Source of the DNA: Alloascoidea hylecoeti
Taxonomy: Eukaryota
Length of the DNA stretch: 64,000 nucleotides
Assembly: GCA_001600815.1 (NCBI GenBank)
Contig: BCKZ01000016.1
Location: 361,077 to 425,076, forward strand
Direction: 5' to 3'
This document shows, piece by piece, positions 59,655-64,000 of the stretch (the stretch's first letter is position 1; each line of letters opens with the position of its first letter). Position numbers and translations under genes: made by a program. The notes beneath the pieces are model-generated. The model made no database searches and was not told where the DNA came from. It saw only the letters and a program-made list of their open reading frames with translations.

Positions 59655-61880
59655 TTACCATCCAAATGTTTCACAATGTATATAAATTCCCTGTGCGCCA
59701 GTTCCTTTATTAGCACCTCTTTCATCTGATATTTTGATTGCTTCATTACTTATTCTTTGATTAAAGCTTGTTGGACCACATGAAGCTATACCAGTTTCAC
59801 CCCTAGATTTTTCTATCAATGGCAAAATTAACCTTCTTATTGACTTCGGTCTTCCTGTTTTGTATATTATTTTACCACTTTTTTTCTGTTGTGCTGTTAT
59901 ATTTGTAGATGGTGATTTTTGCTTATTTTTATCTTCAATCTGGTCTTCAATATGTGCAGAATCTGAAATTTCATGTTTTTCGGTGGTTGTACTTGTAGTA
60001 GTGATAGGAAAAACATCGATATCATTTGATACACAACAACATGGCTGTTTTTTGCAGCCACAAATTTCATCGTTGCCGCATGTATTTGTATCATTTATTT
60101 CACTAATATCCTGTTCTTTTACCCCAATAAATGACTCTGATTCCGATCCTGATCTTGATGCCGCATCAACCACATTTGTTTTTACTTCTGCTTTATTTTC
60201 TTTTATCACATCCATCTCAATATCATATTTTTGTTCAAATGATTCACAGGTAGTATAGATATGAACCGTTACAACTAACTTTTTCCCCGTTTTTAAATAG
60301 ACTTCTCTTCGTGATTTCAACAATTCATCGATATAGTTATCATAATGTTTTAAATCTTTTAAGAATTGTACCACTAAGATGATTTTTAATTGTCTTGTAA
60401 CTACTTTTATTGGATCTTCTAATGCAGATCTTACTATATCAACAGCAATCGGGAATATAAAAGACATTCCAGACCCAGCTCCTAGTAGTATAGATGTATC
60501 AAATTGTTTGAAATCTCGATGACGACCATATGGACCTTCTATAACAACAGGTAGATATTGCGTTGAACCATCCAAAGATTGGTTGTTTTCCGCATACTTA
60601 TACAATTTTTTAGTAAAACCTTTTCGTTCTCTAATTGTTAATATGATTTCATTATCTGATGGTAAAGATCCAATTGTGAAAGGGTGTGATTCATGGGGTG
60701 ACAAAGTTGGAAAGTTAATGAAAATATATTGACCTGGACTCCAAGATAAGATAAACTTATTAGATTCATCTTCTAAAACTGAACGTTTATTTGGTTTTAT
60801 TTTAACAATTGAAAATCTAGAACATGAAGAATTTAAATTTGTTGAGACTGATGCATGATATCTTGTTGTTAATTTATCAGCTTTGTTAAATCTAAAGATG
60901 CCTTTATTTATTAGAAGAACACACACCAACCTAGCACATCTATCAAATAAGTAAATGGCAACGACGGGCATTAATATTTTATAAGTATAGTTTGGGCAAT
61001 GAAGACATAGCATTACGATGAAACAACAGAAAGAGATAATATGTTGAATAACAAAGAATTCATAACACATTTTCCGAAAAGGGAAAAAACTTGAAAAGAT
61101 AATCCAACATAAAATACTATAAGCACCAAGTCCTCGTTTTATCTGTGTATTTGTTTTTATCTCTGTTGAGGCATAATTTGTTAGATTCCAGTTTCTCATT
61201 GCGAAACCAAAATGTAATGACGCCGTTACAAAGAAAGCCCTGGCTACCATTTTATGAAAATAATTGAGCCTTTCTGGACTTGAACCAGTCAAATAAGCCA
61301 AAATAGATTGTCTAGTAGATAGAGCTACAAGTAGTGGAAGCTGACTTATGGCTATCCACGCAGCTCTAAAATAAAAAGTTTCATAATTGACAGATTTGTT
61401 AGGATTTAATTTTGAAAAGAAAAGGATAAGTAATATAAGATAGTATGAAATTGTTATAATCAAGTCACCAGATCTTTTGAAAGATATTGTGAATTTGAAT
61501 AATTTTGAATTTGGGAATAAATGAATTTGAGGGATATAATAGTTTGATAATTCTCTTATTGTTTGTGTCCAAGCATTATAAATCTTTGCAATTATCGTTG
61601 AACTTCTTGCAGGATCCCTTGGTTTTAACTCTGAATTTTGGGATTTATTTGTTTTTTGGATCCTTATTCTATTCCATTTAACAAAACTAGCTGATATGTT
61701 TGCAAGAAATAATACTATTAAAAATGAGCCAATAACTATCCAATAAATTCTCCCTAAAAAGCCTGGACGTGGGACTCCATTTGTGTTATAGTCACCATCA
61801 CCCATGTTTCCGTAATAAGAGGAAGTTGATCCGCCAGTCGGGAGACCTCTTTTGAAGATCAACAAATCCATCAAATTCAT
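59655..61880 (-). CDS. Ferric/cupric reductase (FRE family)
   Basis: Haem histidines (FHKMVAR..H, YEFFVIQH..H), PGQY, HPFTI, EGPYG, GAGSG, CGP and HCETFGW. First in-frame ATG at 61880. Confidence 0.92.
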   Translation of the reverse strand: MNLMDLLIFKRGLPTGGSTSSYYGNMGDGDYNTNGVPRPGFLGRIYWIVIGSFLIVLFLANISASFVKWNRIRIQKTNKSQNSELKPRDPARSSTIIAKIYNAWTQTIRELSNYYIPQIHLFPNSKLFKFTISFKRSGDLIITISYYLILLILFFSKLNPNKSVNYETFYFRAAWIAISQLPLLVALSTRQSILAYLTGSSPERLNYFHKMVARAFFVTASLHFGFAMRNWNLTNYASTEIKTNTQIKRGLGAYSILCWIIFSSFFPFRKMCYEFFVIQHIISFCCFIVMLCLHCPNYTYKILMPVVAIYLFDRCARLVCVLLINKGIFRFNKADKLTTRYHASVSTNLNSSCSRFSIVKIKPNKRSVLEDESNKFILSWSPGQYIFINFPTLSPHESHPFTIGSLPSDNEIILTIRERKGFTKKLYKYAENNQSLDGSTQYLPVVIEGPYGRHRDFKQFDTSILLGAGSGMSFIFPIAVDIVRSALEDPIKVVTRQLKIILVVQFLKDLKHYDNYIDELLKSRREVYLKTGKKLVVTVHIYTTCESFEQKYDIEMDVIKENKAEVKTNVVDAASRSGSESESFIGVKEQDISEINDTNTCGNDEICGCKKQPCCCVSNDIDVFPITTTSTTTEKHEISDSAHIEDQIEDKNKQKSPSTNITAQQKKSGKIIYKTGRPKSIRRLILPLIEKSRGETGIASCGPTSFNQRISNEAIKISDERGANKGTGAQGIYIHCETFGW

Positions 61881-61965
61881 TATGATTAGTGTTGAAGAAA
61901 TCAAAGATGTTAGCTTCACAATTGCAGCCTAATAATCATGACAAAATATATTTATTTATGTAAAC

Positions 61966-61972
61966 GAGCAAA
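61966..61972. promoter_or_regulatory. Copper-response element (Mac1-type GAGCAAA / TTTGCTC)
   Basis: Exact CuRE core in the 227-bp region between the FRE and CTR start codons. Confidence 0.6.
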
Positions 61973-62107
61973 TTAACTTTCCCTTTTGGGTTTTTAAAGT
62001 AAGAAAAATCCATCACACACATATTAATGGATAACTTATAGTTTCACTAAATTTTCTCGGATTGCAACGTATTTATCCTTTCTTTCATCTTTATTTTACA
62101 AAGTAAT

Positions 62108-62719
62108 ATGAGCCATATGGATGATATGGATGGTATGGATATGGGCTCGAGTTCCAGTTCCAGTTCCAGTTCCAGTTCCAGTTCGATGGAAATGATTATG
62201 GTTTTTCACAGCACCATGACAGATCCACTTTTCTCAGTAGCATGGACTCCAAAATCAAAGGGACAATACGCAGGCACATGTATTTTTTTAATAGTGCTAG
62301 GGATCATATACCGGGCATTATATGTCGCAAGCAGTCGGTTCTCGAAATATAATCAGCAAAAGAATGCCAGACTGGCCAATGTTCCAATAATTGATGAAAG
62401 TAGTTTTGAGGCTGCATTTGATAGTGAAGATGAGCTGGAAGGTCCCGAGACTACAAACAATGATAGTGACTTAATTACAAGTCGACAGAAACAAGAACAA
62501 GGAGTAAGAAGTACTAGATTTCCAGAAAAGACAGGTAGACTTCGGGAGGTAGCGGCGTGGAGAGCTTCGGTGGATATACCTCGGGCGTTACTACAACTGA
62601 CGGTTTCAGGGGTCGGCTATTTATTGATGATTGCGGCAATGACGTGCAATGTTGGATATTTTTGCAGTTGTTTAGGGGGAATATTCGTGGGAGAATTGTT
62701 TTTGGGGAGGTATGCCTGA
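62108..62719 (+). CDS. Ctr-family copper transporter
   Basis: Met-rich N-terminus, M.M.F, YAGTCIFL, MxxxM (LMIAAMT) and GxxxG. Confidence 0.93.
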   Translation: MSHMDDMDGMDMGSSSSSSSSSSSSSMEMIMVFHSTMTDPLFSVAWTPKSKGQYAGTCIFLIVLGIIYRALYVASSRFSKYNQQKNARLANVPIIDESSFEAAFDSEDELEGPETTNNDSDLITSRQKQEQGVRSTRFPEKTGRLREVAAWRASVDIPRALLQLTVSGVGYLLMIAAMTCNVGYFCSCLGGIFVGELFLGRYA

Positions 62720-63179
62720 GCTGTGTCGTATACTCTATTCATGAAGCACTTGATGGAGAAAATTAAAGTAATAATAGCGCATTTTACGGTGAATTCCTAT
62801 AATATATATTTTATCGTTCATAAGACTTCTTATACATTATATCCTCTCCTTTATTATACGATATTTGGCAGTATACGCTGTTTGCGATGTAGATTTTTTT
62901 AACTTTACATAGAATTCCCAATTAAAATATCTAAATAATTTGAATCTTCTAACTAAAAACTATTAAATTGGGGAAATCACTCCAAGAGTATAAAACCTCC
63001 GCTACTTTATTTCCCTTCTATTTTCTCTTTTAGTCTTCTCCTATTCATTGTATCTCTTTATCTTATCACCTTGTTATTTTTTTATTATTTTTATTTTTAT
63101 TATTTCATTTAATAAGTGGAACGACTTTCCGACCGTTAAGGTTCTACAAACAGCAGAACCGTTGAGTCCGGTGTGACGA

Positions 63180-63251
63180 TCCGAAATAGTGTAATGGCTA
63201 GCACGGTCCGCTCTCACCGGGCAGATCGGGGTTCAATTCCCCGTTTCGGAG
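63180..63251 (+). tRNA. tRNA-Glu(CUC)
   Basis: TCCGAAA/TTTCGGA acceptor stem, anticodon loop CT-CTC-AC, GGTTCAATTCC T-loop, then an oligo-T terminator at about 63255-63261. Confidence 0.95.
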
Positions 63252-63660
63252 TCCTTTTTTTCGCAGCTGTCGAATATTTTTTGAGCTCATGTTAATCCTT
63301 TCGTACATCAAATCAATAGTTCAGCCTACATATGTTGAATGGAAAAAAATGCACATGTTTTGGTGAGACATGTTTGATGCACTCCACAGTGATAGCTAGC
63401 CGTACATCTCCGACTTTTCCCGGCCGAAAATCCGGGGAAAGGGGCTCACGTGATTGATCCGCGGTTTAAAGTTTGTGCGATTGGCTGCAAAAACTGAAAA
63501 CTGAAAAAAGTCGATAAAAAGCTGTTGAAAACTGTTTTAAGTGAATAAAATATTCATTTATATCCCTCTTCCCCTGAGTTATATAAATATCTCTTATTTC
63601 TCTCTTCTTCTTCCTTTTCTTTTCCTCTTTCCCCACAAATCTTCTGAATCTTCCTTTTCA

Positions 63661-64000
63661 ATGTCTCACACTCCAAAAACTCCAAACTTTGGTCAGATCA
63701 GAACTGATAGTGTCATCTTAGGCTCCATGAACAAGGTTCTGGTCGCCAACAGAGGTGAAATAGCTATCAGAGTCTTTAGATCTGCTCACGAACTTTCCCT
63801 ACACACAATTGCCGTCTATTCACATGAAGACAGGTTGTCTATGCATAGGTTGAAAGCTGATGAAGCTTATGTTATTGGTAAAAAATCTCAATACACCCCC
63901 GTTCAAGCTTACTTACAAATTGACGAAATTATCAAAATCGCAAAAGCTCATGGTGCAAATATGATTCACCCTGGTTATGGGTTCTTGTCTGAAAATGCTG
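63661..64000 (+). CDS. PYC1: Pyruvate carboxylase (5' part, truncated by the window edge)
   Basis: [22 protein letters not shown]...[14 protein letters not shown]...[19 protein letters not shown] at about 63580 and TCACGTGA at about 63446. Confidence 0.95.
   Translation, partial: MSHTPKTPNFGQIRTDSVILGSMNKVLVANRGEIAIRVFRSAHELSLHTIAVYSHEDRLSMHRLKADEAYVIGKKSQYTPVQAYLQIDEIIKIAKAHGANMIHPGYGFLSENA

Overview
Eukaryotic nuclear DNA from an AT-rich, intron-containing budding yeast. It is probably an early-diverging Saccharomycotina lineage: introns are short with GTATGT/GTAAGT/GTGAGT donors, an ELYS-like gene is retained, and CTG is read as Leu at conserved ISU1 positions. The window holds about 26 protein-coding genes: REX2, RRP45, MOD5, RIM20, an aldehyde dehydrogenase, PAC2, a NUG1-like GTPase, CK2 alpha, an ATF/CREB bZIP, SPO73-like, PRM1-like, NOT3/5, OPY2, RPL5, MHP1-like, ISU1, RSC8/SWI3, ELYS-like, POS5, YND1, a divergent FRE/CTR pair and the 5' end of PYC, among others. 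It also holds U4 snRNA with an Rnt1-type 3' hairpin and tRNA-Glu(CUC). The outstanding feature is a ~10.8 kb stretch without recognisable housekeeping genes (42515-53302). It contains two apparently identical 2901-bp inverted arms (44530-47430 and 48493-51393) around a 1062-bp unique core, flanked by a Tc1/mariner relic and decayed ORFs. This matches the architecture of Komagataella/Candida tropicalis-type inverted-repeat centromeres, but each arm here carries an intact 233-aa orphan ORF pointing inward. Other points: a MITE-like element in the RIM20/ALD promoter, a GC-AG intron in RIM20, and a sharp GC island with a G-quadruplex-like repeat. All gene identities come from recalled motifs, not database searches.
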